64,000 nt of DNA from Macrostomum lignano (taxonomy: Eukaryota). Both the position numbers and the translations under genes were made by a program. This document shows positions 28,203 through 62,000 of the stretch, piece by piece. Under the pieces are notes generated by a model, which had not been told where the DNA came from, did not search any database, and saw only the letters and a program-made list of their open reading frames with translations. The stretch covers positions 806,001-870,000 of the forward strand of contig NIVC01000070.1 in assembly GCA_002269645.1 (NCBI GenBank). The letters are read 5' to 3'. The number at the start of each line of letters is the position of its first letter. Position 1 is the stretch's first letter.

Positions 28203-29414
28203 CTAACAGGGAATTGTATTCAAACCAGCCCCCACTGCCAATCGATTCAACAATAACAAATTAACCGTGAAATCTTCACACATTTAGTACAACTTCTTAC
28301 TAATTGAAATAATTGCACTCAGTCTATTGTGAATTGGTGAAGAGTTTTAATCAAGCCGTTGTCATGACTACAATTGATGTTTTTAAATACAACCGGAAAC
28401 TTTGCGGACACGAGAGGAGCGGAAACGAGAAGAGCCGCGCTGATGAAATACTAAAAATAGATTTTCCAAGATGATGAAACGCCAAAGTTGGCTGCTGCTG
28501 CAACTCTCACTGGCTACATGGCTCGGGCTTGCCAAATATAGTGGAAAAAATTGCCAAGTGAGTGAAGATGTTAAACATTAAGAAGTTCCATCGACCCTGA
28601 CTAATAGGTGTTGCCTCCCCCCTCCTGTGTGTCAAAAGGAGCGCTTTTTTACTTTAGAAATTGTTAAAATCCTAGCGCACGGAAAGCGAGAGAGACGGAG
28701 TGAGACGGTTGAGCTGGAAGCCGTTCAGGATGGAAGAGAGGCAAAGAGCTATCGATTGTAAATTCCTCCATGGAGTTTTAAAACTATTAATACTGCGTTA
28801 ATAATCAAGTGCTTGCAGTCTCTGCACACCCAATCCAGATGGTAACTAGGCAGTATTCCTTGAGCCGTGCATAGGTTTATAGTGGTATTAGTTGCCACCG
28901 ACACTCATGCCGTGTGTTATGTGCAGCTTGGCTGGCAAAAGACTGAACATTTTTAGTGCTGCCTTTTTTTCAACATCCACCTCCGGCTGCAGAGCTATTC
29001 ATACGGACAACAAATTGCTTAGACAATAACTCCCCATTGTTTCTCTTCCCAATGGCTTATGGATGCGCCACACCGACTGTCGAAGGATTTGAGAGCTGTC
29101 ACCAAGCTCCCGCATTCACTGCATTCACCGTGACTGTCAAATCCCATTTAGCATTGTCAATTTTGTGCCTCATCTCTGACTCTCCAGCATCCGCGCTTCC
29201 CTCGCAGCTTCCCAGAGGGCGGCAAAATTCCTCATTTTCAGCTTTCTGCAGCCATGCAGTTACGTAAATTTAGTGACTGTTGCAGATAATTCTTTCTATT
29301 ACGTAGAAAGCACTGTGTTTTATGATTCCATCAGCGCATTTTAAAAATATTAACAGTAGATGCAGTAAGTTTGTAGCTGCGTGCAGGAGCGGATTCTATA
29401 TGAGAGTCTATTTA

Positions 29415-31030
<1,616 letters not shown>

Positions 31031-31560
31031 TCTCGTATGTTTAATTGTCTATACCTAAACAGAGATCACAGAGACGATCCTCAATGCCTGTCTTCCACTC
31101 TTCCACTTTTTTTCCGCGCATACTTTCCCTCCATCTAATTTTTTGCCACAATCCCCTATTTCCCCAATCTTCCCCAGGCATCAGCTGGCGGCGGCCAGGT
31201 CCAAGCGGACGGGAGGCTGAGTAGTATTTGTCGGCATCGACCTGCTGCATGAAGACGAGAAATCAAGACCCTGCCTGGAGTAGCCAGCCACTAGGATGCA
31301 GGAGATGCTGTAGCCTTGCTTTAGTAACCCTGGCAACGCGTCCGGGGCTCACAAAGCTCGCTGTCTCTATGCGGACCTGCCAACCAATCCAACCCCCAAC
31401 CCCGCCCCCAACCTCAGTTTTTCACCGCCTCTTCTTTTGCCATAAAGCAGAGCGATTTTTTTTCAATTATACTAAGCTTACCAGTTCCACCGCGCTATTC
31501 TCTGGACTCTACTCGACTGAAGAAAGTTTAAAAAGTAAAAAATTTGCAGTTTTTACTGTT

Positions 31561-41090
<9,530 letters not shown>

Positions 41091-42090
41091 GGCCGCTGCC
41101 GCTGCCGCTACTGCACAGAACAATGCCCAGCCATATTGGACCGCTTGTCAATTGTTAGAAACATTTTTTTAGATTTTTCCCTGGGGGGAGGCCTGCCTCT
41201 CCCGCATGCCTCCGACCGCTTGGCGGGTCGCCTAAGCCCGGACCGGCGGCACTGCAGCCACGGCACTCAGCTGGGCTTGCAAAATTTAACAGCACCGTTT
41301 GGCTGTTGAGACGTGCAGACGGAGACTTATAGGAGACAGTTGCCCTTGGCAGACGTAGCTGTCTGTGCTGATGGCACCGGTTGCTTGGGTGACACGCTGG
41401 GGGGATATGCAAATGAAAAATTAAAAAAATCAAGACAATGAAAATACTAAATTTCCTAAATTTTTCAGCGCATCGGCCCTCGTCATCTTCAATTTCGTGG
41501 AGCAAGGACAACTCAGTGGGACCAATGGCGGACAAGGAAGCCACTCCGAAACCAGCAGCGCAAACCCCGTAAGCAAGCGAGGAAGTTTTTGAAATTTCCC
41601 CAATTTAAATTACGTACAAATAAACTTCACTGAGACTTGTCGCTCTAATTTCAGAGCGTCAAAGGGTCTTCCGGAAGTTGAGAAGCCCGCAATGCTGTAA
41701 GAATCGTACAATTTGGTGTTAACCTTTATTTTTTTTATTTTTGACCTCGTAGCAACAGCCCAGTCCACCTCACAGCGCCCCAGAAAGTTAATCAGGAATC
41801 GCCGCAACTTTCAGCTCGCAACCGTCCCCAGCTGCTGACTTCGGCCTCTCCGAGCCCGACACCAACCCCTTCGACAGTATGGAGGCGTCCTCCGCAGCTG
41901 GCGGGGAATTGAATAACCCCGCCGAGGGGAATCTCCTGTTCCCTAGGGAGTTCACCTTGTTGAAGATTAGCCCCGCTGGAGGGCAAAGTGCCACTTCGGC
42001 GTAAGGGGTCAAGAGACTCGAAACTATTTACTAAATTTATACTCATTACATGACAATAATAAAAGAAAATCTAAAAGAGGATATGTACGG

Positions 42091-42333
42091 AGTCATACGC
42101 ACAGGCACACACTCACACAGGAGTCTACGAGCTACTACAGCGGTCCTAACTTTATTTTTCGTTAGGCATGTACACTTCACTGTGTCTTGGGGGTTGGCCC
42201 ACAAGGGCGTTAATTGCACGAGCAGAGCCAAGCCGAGATTCCAATTTAGCCCCAAACGAATGTGGCTGCACTTGGAATCGAGCCTGGGCCGCTGATACAT
42301 GAGAGCACCGCGCTAGACCACTAGGCAACAGCC
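42091..42333 (-). mobile_element. tRNA-derived SINE, family B (copy 2)
   Basis: Shares GCACAGGCACACACTCACACAGGA, GCATGTACACTTCACT and CCAAGCCGAGATTCCAATTT...CTGCACTTGGAATCGAGCCTGGGCCG with copy 1. Confidence 0.75.
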
Positions 42334-42715
42334 CTCTGATAGATAAGCCATAATAAGTGAACTAATTATAATATTCCATAACGAAACTTTTTGCTCAAAA
42401 TTGGTGTTATTTGAATCAACAAAAACTGGTAATAAAACACTTCACTGTTTATAAGTCACTTCCCTTGGTACTATCAATAATGAAAAGTACAATTTAGGCA
42501 AGTGTTGTTATGGGGAGCATGTAGAATACTGAGTAAGAACTCTGGGCTTTCATTGGCTCCTTGGTTTTGTCTATGGTAAAAACCGAAAGATGTGACCATT
42601 TTATCGCAAAACTTTTAAGTATTGCATTTTTCAGTGAAGTTGATAAATAAGTTGATAAATTCATTCAGAATCCCCATTCACTGTAGCAGCGGCCTCTGCA
42701 ACAGAACTGGGCTCA

Positions 42716-43040
42716 GCCATAGACAATAAAGCCAATCAAAGCCACTGCCACAAAACTGCACTCGTGGCCATAGACAATAAAGTCAATCAAAGCCACTGCC
42801 ACAAAACTGCACTCGTGGCCATAGACAATAAAGTCAATCAAAGCCACTGCCACAGAACTGCACTCGCGGCCATAGACAATAAAGTCAATCAAAGCCACTG
42901 CCACAAAACTGCACTCGCGGCCATAGACAATAAAGCCAATCAAAGCCACTGCCACAAAACTGCACTCGCGGCCATAGACAATAAAGCCAATCAAAGCCAC
43001 TGCCACAGAACTGCACTTGGCCATAGACAATAAAGTCAAT
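42716..43040. repeat. 51-bp tandem repeat (~6 units)
   Basis: One frame reads (AIDNK(V/A)NQSHCH(K/R)TAL(V/A))n. Confidence 0.9.
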
Positions 43041-44134
43041 CAATGCTATTAAACTGAATTTTCTACATGATTGGCTTTATTGAGTGCAGTTTCTTGGAAT
43101 CGTGGCAGTGATTGAAAACAATATTTCATACTCAGCTTGCCCAGAAATGAAAGTAGAACTTTTTATTTGCATGTATTTGCATGTAAACCAACTGTATGCT
43201 TTCAACTTCTGTAAATGTGGGTTCGCAATCAATTTTAAATCCTTGATGCAATTTCAAAGCGTTACCTTTTCTAGATTATATAATTCTCTATTTTGCTTGT
43301 TGATTAACTTCGCTTGCCTAAGTTGCCGCTTTGTTGCCAACGAATACCCGTATGTTGTTGAATCAGAGCACTGGAGTTTTATTATTTATATTGTGAAATT
43401 ACGGGAATATCGAATAATTTTTATTCAATCGCTTCTCTCTCTATTGCAGTTACTCCTACAATTTGAAATGATCGATGGAGGACTATTGTTTGGGTATTAA
43501 ACTAATTGTTTTCGGTTCACATAGTTTAAATTTGCACCTGACAACCGACTAGTGAGTAGACATATTTGCAGCGTAATAAATTTGTTAACTTTTTGGTCAA
43601 TTTGAGGTCAATTTGTGAAACTAACTCTTTTGAAATACTTGGGACTGCAAGGTAATAAAGAGAATTTCATCAGAAATCGATCGAATAGCTCTTTCAAAAT
43701 GCAGTACGATGTACACACGCATGCAAACCGAATTCACCTCAAATATCAGATGATGGAGGCTGCAAATGATGTAAAATCCTATCCTTGGCACAGTAATACC
43801 CACCCACCTGCATTATCACCTGTAGCAACCAGCAAATATTTTTGTATTTTTAAATAGATCCTAAAATTGCAGACAACGGCACACCGCATGATTTGATGAA
43901 ATCCGATTATCTGCTAAAAAAGCTTTCACATCACTGCGTCTCCGTACACCCCCTCCCGGTTTTCTCTCGATAAATATACCGACTGCAGGCAATATCTGCT
44001 TTGGAATGGATGAGCGCGAGCCATGCGTAAATTATTTTTTTCAAGCGGATATCGCGTAGTTTTCATCGGCGCTTCTGCTTTTTTGTTGCAATCTGCTTTC
44101 GTATTGTGGAAAAATTGCTTTTACTGTATTTGAA

Positions 44135-44310
44135 GCCTATACAACCAGCCTACACATGTACATACAATACTGCCAGCCCGCACATGTACATACCATACTG
44201 CCAGCCCGCACACGTACATACCATACTGCCAGCCCGCACACGTACATACCATGCCAGCCCGCACATGTACATACCATACTGCCAGCCCGCACATGTACAT
44301 ACCACACTGC
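44135..44310. repeat. ~28-bp minisatellite
   Basis: Unit ATACTGCCAGCCCGCACATGTACATACC. Confidence 0.85.
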
Positions 44311-44318
44311 TAATCCAC

Positions 44319-44543
44319 GACAGCTCAGCCGCAGCTATTGCGCGGCGCATCTGAAGGCTGGGGAGTTGCTACACACACCCTCAATTACCCCAGCTAATGC
44401 TGGCACCCATTTTACAGCTGGCTGAACTGAAGCAATGCAGAGTTAAGTGCGCCTTGCTCAAGGACACAAAATGGTTCCTCGTGGGTCGAGAATCGAACCC
44501 CCCGGCCGACCTAGCTCAGTCGTGAGTCCGGCGCTCTAGGCTA
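44319..44543 (-). mobile_element. tRNA-derived SINE, family A
   Basis: Homologous to 14072-14363 (CCGCAGCTATTGCG..GCGCATCTGAAGGCTG; CCATTTTACAGCT..GAACTGAAGCA; GAATCGAACCCCC). Confidence 0.8.
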
Positions 44544-44954
44544 CATACATGTACACCCTACACTGTCAGCCCACATTTGTACACACACTGCCACACTGCC
44601 TTCTTGGCGTACCACTATGCCGAAATTTTATATGGCTTTAGAAGCAATAAAAACAGGCTTATAGTTTAAGAAGATAAACAGATTACTTATACATGTAGTA
44701 GTAGTAGTATTAGTATATGTATTTGACGTAACTAATTTAATTTTGTTACTAAAAATTAGGACTCAACGGATAATTTACGTTTTAAACTGCAGCAACTAAC
44801 AATATTTCAGTTTGAAAATAATGATAGCAAATTAGGAATTCCATGCGAAGTTAAGCTACATAAAGAACTGATAAAAAGAGAAGTACATTTAGAAACTATT
44901 TTAGGTACATTAAAGTGTCTATGCACCCATTAAGTACATTAAGTTTTATGCGCA

Positions 44955-45480
44955 TCACGTGTCCATGCGAGTGTCCATGTGAAGGTAGGGTGAGTGTCCA
45001 TGCGAAGGTAAAGTGAGTGTCCATGCGAAGGTAGGGCGAGTGTCCATGCGAAGGTAGGGCGAGTGTCCATGCGAAGGTTGGGTGAGTGTCCATGCGAAGG
45101 TTGGGTGAGTGTCCATGCGAAGGTTGGGTGAGTTTCCATACGAAGGTAGGGTGAGTGTCCATGCGAAGGAAGGGTGAGTGTCCATGCGATGGTAAAGTGA
45201 GTGTCCATGCGATGGTAAAGTGAGTGTCCATGCGAAGGTAAAGTGAGTTTCCATGCGAAGGTAGGGTGAGTGTCTCTGCGAAGGTAGGGTGAGTGTCTCT
45301 GCGAAGGTAGGGTGAGTTTCCATGCGAAGGTAGGGTGAGTGTCTCTGCGAAGTTAGGGTGAGTTTCCATGCAAAGGTTGAGTGTCCATGCGAAGGAAGGG
45401 TGAGTGTCCATGCGAAGGTAGGGTGAGTGTCTCTGCAAAGGTAGGGCGAGTGTCCATTCGAAGGTTGGGTGAGTGTCCAA
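44955..45480. repeat. 23-bp minisatellite downstream of kringle gene K2
   Basis: Unit GAGTGTCCATGCGAAGGTAGGGT. Confidence 0.92.
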
Positions 45481-45652
45481 GTGGAGATGTAGTGAAGACA
45501 GGTCAGAAGCGGTGTGCCCCTACTTACATGTACATGCATAACGTCTCTGAACATCTGGTCGTAAGCACAGTGATTTTCGAACCTGAATGTTTCATTAGTC
45601 GCCAAGAGGATTCCAAGGATTCATCTGATTACTATAAAGACTCTTTGAAAGT

Positions 45653-55676
<10,024 letters not shown>

Positions 55677-56419
55677 GATTTCTCGAGTTTGTATTAACCA
55701 CAGCATATAGAAAATATTTTAGCAGATGATTGAAATGATGCTTATGAGAACGAAGACCTCGAGGCCACGCTTAGTTAACTTTGCAGAGGTTGGTCACGCC
55801 CAATGCGAGTTTCTCATACGCAAACTCTTTCCTTTTCAGCGTGGGAAGCTGTAATAAAGCCGATCCCATGATGAAGCTGCGGTTGGCTTGAGAAACAATG
55901 CCACCCGTAAACGCCCTTTAAAAACTAAAAAAACTCACCCAACAAAACCAGCTCAATTTGCTAAGAATACTCAATGCTTCTGTATGTTTTTTTCTCAATT
56001 GACCAAACAAACACTATATTTGCATTCTTTAATGCAACGAGGTACAAAATATTATATAGCATGAAATTCTACCGCATATTAGGGTCCAATCGAGGAGCAT
56101 GCTATTATGCAGTTTACTCGCATTGTTTTGAGAAATCCAGAGCTGAGAAAGAGACGGTCTTGTACATGAATTTATGAAATAATATTTACTCAACAAAATA
56201 GTCACCCTTTACAAGCCGCTCCAAGCCACATCTGTAAAATTGGTCATGAAAAATCCCAATTATCCTCTTTTTCAAATCATCTTTGTTGGATAACTTAATA
56301 TCCTGAATAGGCTAAGCAGTTCAGTCAAAAGGCCGAAATTTTTTGTATCAGATTCTGAAGTTTCTCAAGAAAAAGTAATAGCGGCAGAACAATCCATCCT
56401 CGTCGAGTCGAGTGGTACT

Positions 56420-57300
56420 ACAGGAGATGCTGTTGCCGACATAAAGAAATAATAATACAACAGCAACAAAAAATAAGCGGCCAGCGTCACAGGGCGCGCC
56501 TCAGGGCCAGGTCGCGACAGAACGCCACGCCGCCGCCCGAATTGGGGGAGGGGGCGCCGGCGTCAGCCAGCAGGCAGTCGACGAAACGCCGAGTGCGGGC
56601 CTCCCCCCTGCCAGTAGGTCGCCTGCAGCAGCATCTCTTGCACAGGCTGTGAGCAGGATGACTCGACGCGGATGAAGTGACCACTCAGCTGGAGTCAACA
56701 GATCGCTTTGGACGGACCAGGCCGGTGCGGTGATACAAAGCCCAGGTTTCGGGTTAGTACAACCGGAGGTCTTGATCACCGCCCAGAACAACGTCACCCT
56801 CTGGCGGTCAGACAGGGCCTCAGACTACAGAACGCAAGGCAGCTCAGGCAAGCCCACTGCGAAGCCGAAAATCCTCGCGGACGCCGCGAACCAGACCGCC
56901 GAGTTCGACGAACTGCTGACAACGCAGAAGCTCCGTCGCCTGTTCATAAGCGCCTCGGCACAAAATATTGCAGCCTCTCGATGTCGTCCGGCTCGCAGAG
57001 CGTGTTGACCACCAGGCCGACACTCGCCGCAGCAGCAACTGGCTTGTCCAGTTGTCGCTGGGCGCCCTCGACAGTTGAGGACAGCAGGGCGAGATCGTCG
57101 GCGTAGCCAAGCACGCTGAGCCGCCTCTCCGGTTGACGTCGACCCACGCGTCGCCGCAACAGAAAGCCGTCGTCGTTGGTAGAAAGAGAGGTCCGCAGCA
57201 CCCAGTCAAGCACCAGAACGAACAGGAACGGCGCGAGCTTATCTCCCTGAAGCAACCTGGAGTACGTCTCAAAGAAGTCCAATAGGCCGTCTGGTGTGTT
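56420..57300 (-). mobile_element. Degenerate RTE-like non-LTR retrotransposon fragment (RT domain)
   Basis: LLQGDKLAPFLFVLVLDWVLR...LGYADDLALLS...GLVVNT, followed by frameshifted EDFRLRSGLA*AAL...RVTLFWAVIKT. Confidence 0.85.
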
Positions 57301-57328
57301 GAAATAGCAGCTTTTTGCCTATAATTAA

Positions 57329-57437
57329 TACACCTGTCTTAATGGGCAGACCGACAGCTCAACCGCAGCTATTGCGCGGCGCATCTGAAAGCTGCGTACG
57401 GCTGTTCAGTCCAAGGACTAACCACTAGGCTTCAACC
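57329..57437 (-). mobile_element. Internally deleted SINE family A copy
   Basis: CCGACAGCTCAACCGCAGCTATTGCGCGGCGCATCTGAAAGCTGCGTACGGCTGTTCAGTCCAAG joined directly to ACCACTAGGCT. Confidence 0.7.
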
Positions 57438-58388
57438 GACACTGAAGGCATTCTACTCGCGAGGATAGGCGTATTGACAAATTGACATTTCGTCAACTGC
57501 CTGGGGCCCAATTCATAAAACACTTGTCAGACTAGACAACAAGTGACAAGCGAAATTTGACAAATTATAAGCTCGTCTTCAGGGGTTTCGGCCATAGACT
57601 TGAACTAAGATGGATGCCTCTGAATGAGAATACTTCCTCTTGTCTCGTGCTTGCTACTTGCAATTTGTCGAATCGTGACTAGACTTGACGCTTGTATATG
57701 ACATCGGCTCCTGGCGATTGTCGTCAGCGCCCCGGATTTGTTCATTTAAGTTCCCTTAGAGACAAGCACTGTGACGTTTCTCGTAATTAACAGACAACAT
57801 TTTTTCTGATGTTGTTAAAATCTTGTCAAGCATCGAAAAGCTATGAAAAATGCTTAAGCACATTATGTAGCATATATTCTTTTATTTTTCTTATTAAGGT
57901 TGCAAAAATAAAGTTACAGGTTAAAAAATATTTTATTTGCGTTCAATTTAGGAGCGAATATAATTAGACTGAATAAATTTAACTCTAAAGAGAGGTGATT
58001 TAATAGTATTTTTCAGTAGAGCATGAAGTAAAGGGTCTGTTTCTCGCATAACATTGGTTGAGAGCGTAACATAGGGAATCTAAGGTCTATTTAAAAATAA
58101 AATACGATACAGCTCTAGTCGGAATTTGCATGTAAAGCGGTTAACTTTTGCATTGGAGAAAGAAGATAATTGGTACTTATAAACTTTAGTTATAGCACTT
58201 AATATCGCAAGTGACTTACTAAGTACGAGCTAATTAAGAACTCAAGCATAAATATTGATAATTGATAATGAACCGGTTACTCTGGTCTTGTTAATCTATC
58301 AGTGCTCACACAAAAACTATGGTGTTTCTGATGTCTGCTTGATCGCCGCGTCAATCACAATTGTCACCAGTCACATCTTACAGAACAG

Positions 58389-59040
58389 TCAGTACTTCAG
58401 TCCGCCGCCGCCACCCTGCAGAAAGTTGCCCAACGATTCGTCGACAATCGAGCCGCGCCGTTCTCGCATCTCCATGCCGTTCGAAGAGGACGAAGAAGAC
58501 ATCGCATAGCCTGTGGTGGCAGCACTTCGAGATGCGCCACCACCGCCGCCGCCACCTCCGTAAGTAGTCACGGAAACTGAAAATCTGTCCCCGCCGCCTC
58601 TGCCTCCTGAATAAGCTGAGTGATAGGCAGCATTCGACGCCATCATGCTAGAGCCTCCGCTTCCACCGCCACCAGCCGCGTAGCTTCCAACTCCGTTTCT
58701 TTGCATTGCCGACGACTCCCTGAGAAAGGCCTGGCCACCAACGCCGCCGCCTGAGTACTGCTGAGCCATGTAGCTGTAGCCGCCTCCGCCGCCACCGCTA
58801 TGGCCACCAGTGTAGCCAGCTCCTCCGCCGCCACCGCTATGACCACCAGTGTAGCCAGCTCCTCCGCCGCCACCGCTATGACCACCAGTGTAGCCAGCTC
58901 CTCCGCCGCTGCTATATGCCGACTGCTGCACCGCTTGATAGCCGCCGCCGTGCGACTGGCTTGCCGAGCTGCCAAAACCGTTGCTCATGTTTACTGCTGA
59001 GCTCGCTTCTGGCTTGACGAAAGTTTTCTTCACCACATAT

Positions 59041-59072
<32 letters not shown>

Positions 59073-62000
59073 TCCGCTTCTAGCGGCCGCCGCCATCGCT
59101 GAACTCTTACTGTGTGATTGGCTTGTCGTCACTGACGTTTCCGTCTGCTGGACGATAGCGCCACCCTGTCCTGCTGCCATCAGCGGCGTCTGCTGGTACG
59201 GAGGCGGCGCAGACTGCTGGTCCTCGATTACGTCATAATTATCAATGGTTTCATTTGTAGTTGTAGTTGTTTGTATTATTGTCTTCTTTGGAAAGAAAAT
59301 CGGATCTGACGGTGGTGGTAGCGCAGGCATCGGGCGGGGCGCGGCGGACTGCAGGCCTGAAGCCGACTGCGGTATGACGGTGGGTTGAGCAGCTTGAGCT
59401 GGGCTGTTCCTGCGGGAGTTAGGTGCGACTTGTCACTTATGAACTGCTACGCTAAGACGAACGCGCTACACTTTGACACTGGGATAATGCTTAAAACGAT
59501 CAATTCTTCCAGATATCCTAACAAAAGTATAAACGTTGGAAGGAATAAAAAAACGTAAATGAAGTCATTGCTTTCATGATAGTTTCGGTGCATTGGAGGC
59601 CAACAAGCAAGTACTTTGAATGGATTCTGGTCGGATTTATCTATGCAGAAAGCGAATAAAGTTTGATGAATTTGTTGAAATGTTAAATACAGCAATTAGT
59701 AATTACCTTGCAGCAATGAGACTTCCCACCAGAGCCAGTCCAGTTGTCAGTCCAATCATGCCGATAATTCCGGTTAGAATGACCACTGGAAATAACAATA
59801 GCAGTGCAATGTTTATTTTTTTGTGGAAGACGTACTCAAGCCCGAATCGACTCCCACTCTAACAATATTGATCTGATAAAGTATTCATAAAAAATTAAAT
59901 TTTACTCACTGACAGGGTCGGTAGTTCCCGGAGCTGTTACAACCGTGGGTGAAGCTGAAAATTCAGTTATATACAGCTGTTAGGTTGACAGGGTGTCTTA
60001 CAAATTTATCAGTTATCATATACTCACAGCACATTGGTATGTTGCAATTCTCCCTCGTTGTGGCATCCACGTAGCACCAGGGTCCGGTGGTGGATCCATC
60101 CGGATTCCGGCAGTAGTTACTAGCCGCTGACATGGTGGCAGCGTTGAACATTTGCGGCAAGTAGTAGGTGTGCAGCGCGGTGTTGCTCGTCCAAGGAATG
60201 CAGGTCTTGCCGGAGGCGCTGGTTGACATTGTGCCGGCGTATTCGGTGCCGCTTGTCGACTTCAGACAGTTGTCTGTGCCTAAAAGTTTCACGTTGAACT
60301 TTTCAAGCAGGTGCATAGCCAGAGGGGATGGCCTGAGCTATAGCAGCCCCCCACATATTGACTGGCAAGGCAATGGGGTATGGTGCAGTCGGCGTCGCCA
60401 CCTTAAAGTAATCTAGTGAAAAAGATTACCTCAGACTGCTAGAGTCTGTGGCGTCGCCGTGGGCTTGCCTGAGCTGCTTTTTGTTCTGTGAGGGCAGTCC
60501 TGCATTCCGAGGGCCTACATTCGAGTATAGCTGACCGCCAGATCAGATGGCGGCATTGTTCAATGTGGTGGTCAAAACCTACAACGCCGAGAGCTGGACG
60601 CTTATGGAACCGTTTAAATAGCAAGTTGACGTTGACCTGCTATGGCCGAGTCACCAATGCGCACTGCATATCGCCTCGCCGACTTGGTCCGTCTAAAGGG
60701 CCTGTTGCGTCAGTGCTGCTGCTGACGTTTCGGGTTGGCGGTGCGGCGCGAGACGACTTACGTTCGCACCCAGGCACAGAGGCGGGCCCTTTGACACGGC
60801 TCTCATTAAAAACTAATCGACATCTGTTTTTGTTGTCCGCACTTTATTTGGAGAGAAAGATATCTTAAAGGAAAGGTATCTAGTAGCGCCCAAATAATGC
60901 AGTATGTGCCTTCAAAGAAAGGAAAGGTATCTAGCGCCTCTTTGCCAGCAGCTTTGGTGGCATTTGCGCTTACGCTTTTAAAAAAAGAATGCTTTCATGA
61001 ACATTATTGGTATCTTGCGAACATAGGCTAAACTCACTAGCACTGGCAGTAGGAGCTACAGTTGTAATTCCCGTACAGTAAGGAACGTTGCAGTAATCCC
61101 AAGTGCTTCCTGTGCCATTGTAGTTGCTCTTGTAGCACCATGGTCCCCATCTGTTCTGGTCGGGCGTGCGGCAGTAGTTTTTTGCGAGCTCGGCTGAGCC
61201 ATCTGGGAACCAGCCGCTTGTCGAGTAGGGATGACTGACAGGAAACTTGCTGACCCACGACTGGCAGGGAACGTTCAGTCGAGTCACTGACACGGTACCG
61301 GCGTAGTATAGGCCCTGCGTGTCGGTCATGCAGACTGAAGAGCAGTTTAGCGAGGGTTTTGTTAGATTTGAGACACTGTAAATATAACTCCTTAAGGGTT
61401 ATATGACCGACTGCAAGGGTACTGCTCCAAGGGTACTGCTGGGCTAACACACACCCTAAATTACAACATAGGGGCCCACCTACTGCTGGTACCCATTTTA
61501 CAGCTGGGCGAACTGAAGCAATGCAGTGTTAAGAATCTTGCTTAAGGACACAAATTGCTCTTCGTGGGTCGAGAATCGAACCCCCGACTTATCAGTCTTG
61601 AGTCCGACGCTATAACCACTAGGCTACAACGCCTGTTATCATTATTAACAACAGACCAGTAGTCTTTAAGTAGTTAGGCTGTAATCAAAGAGTAAAAAGA
61701 CAAGTAGTTGAGTGTTTCGTAGTAATATAACAATTGTACAAGCACTGGCATACGCGTAGCTAAACAAAACGCCAAAAAGAATTGATATCGACGACAACAA
61801 GTTTACCAGTCAAGTAGCAGGGATTGGCGCAGTACTGCTTCGTCCCAGCGACCGTAGGGCACCACGGTCCGGTGATGTCGTTGTCAGGATTGCGGCAGTA
61901 ATCAGCAGCTGCGTCCAGAGTCAGATCGGGCATGACTCCCGGGTGAAACAGCGGCTGGCTAATTATCGCTGAGCTGGTGGGCGGCACCACCTTGGAGTTG

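Noticed and set aside
28956-29267. ORF 28956-29267 and its minus-strand frames as a gene
   Set aside because: Interrupted by stops, with no recognisable domain or consistent splice chain.
57500-57560. Harbinger-like TIR GGGGCCCAATTCATAAAAC
   Set aside because: No matching second TIR or TSD found, so no element could be delimited.
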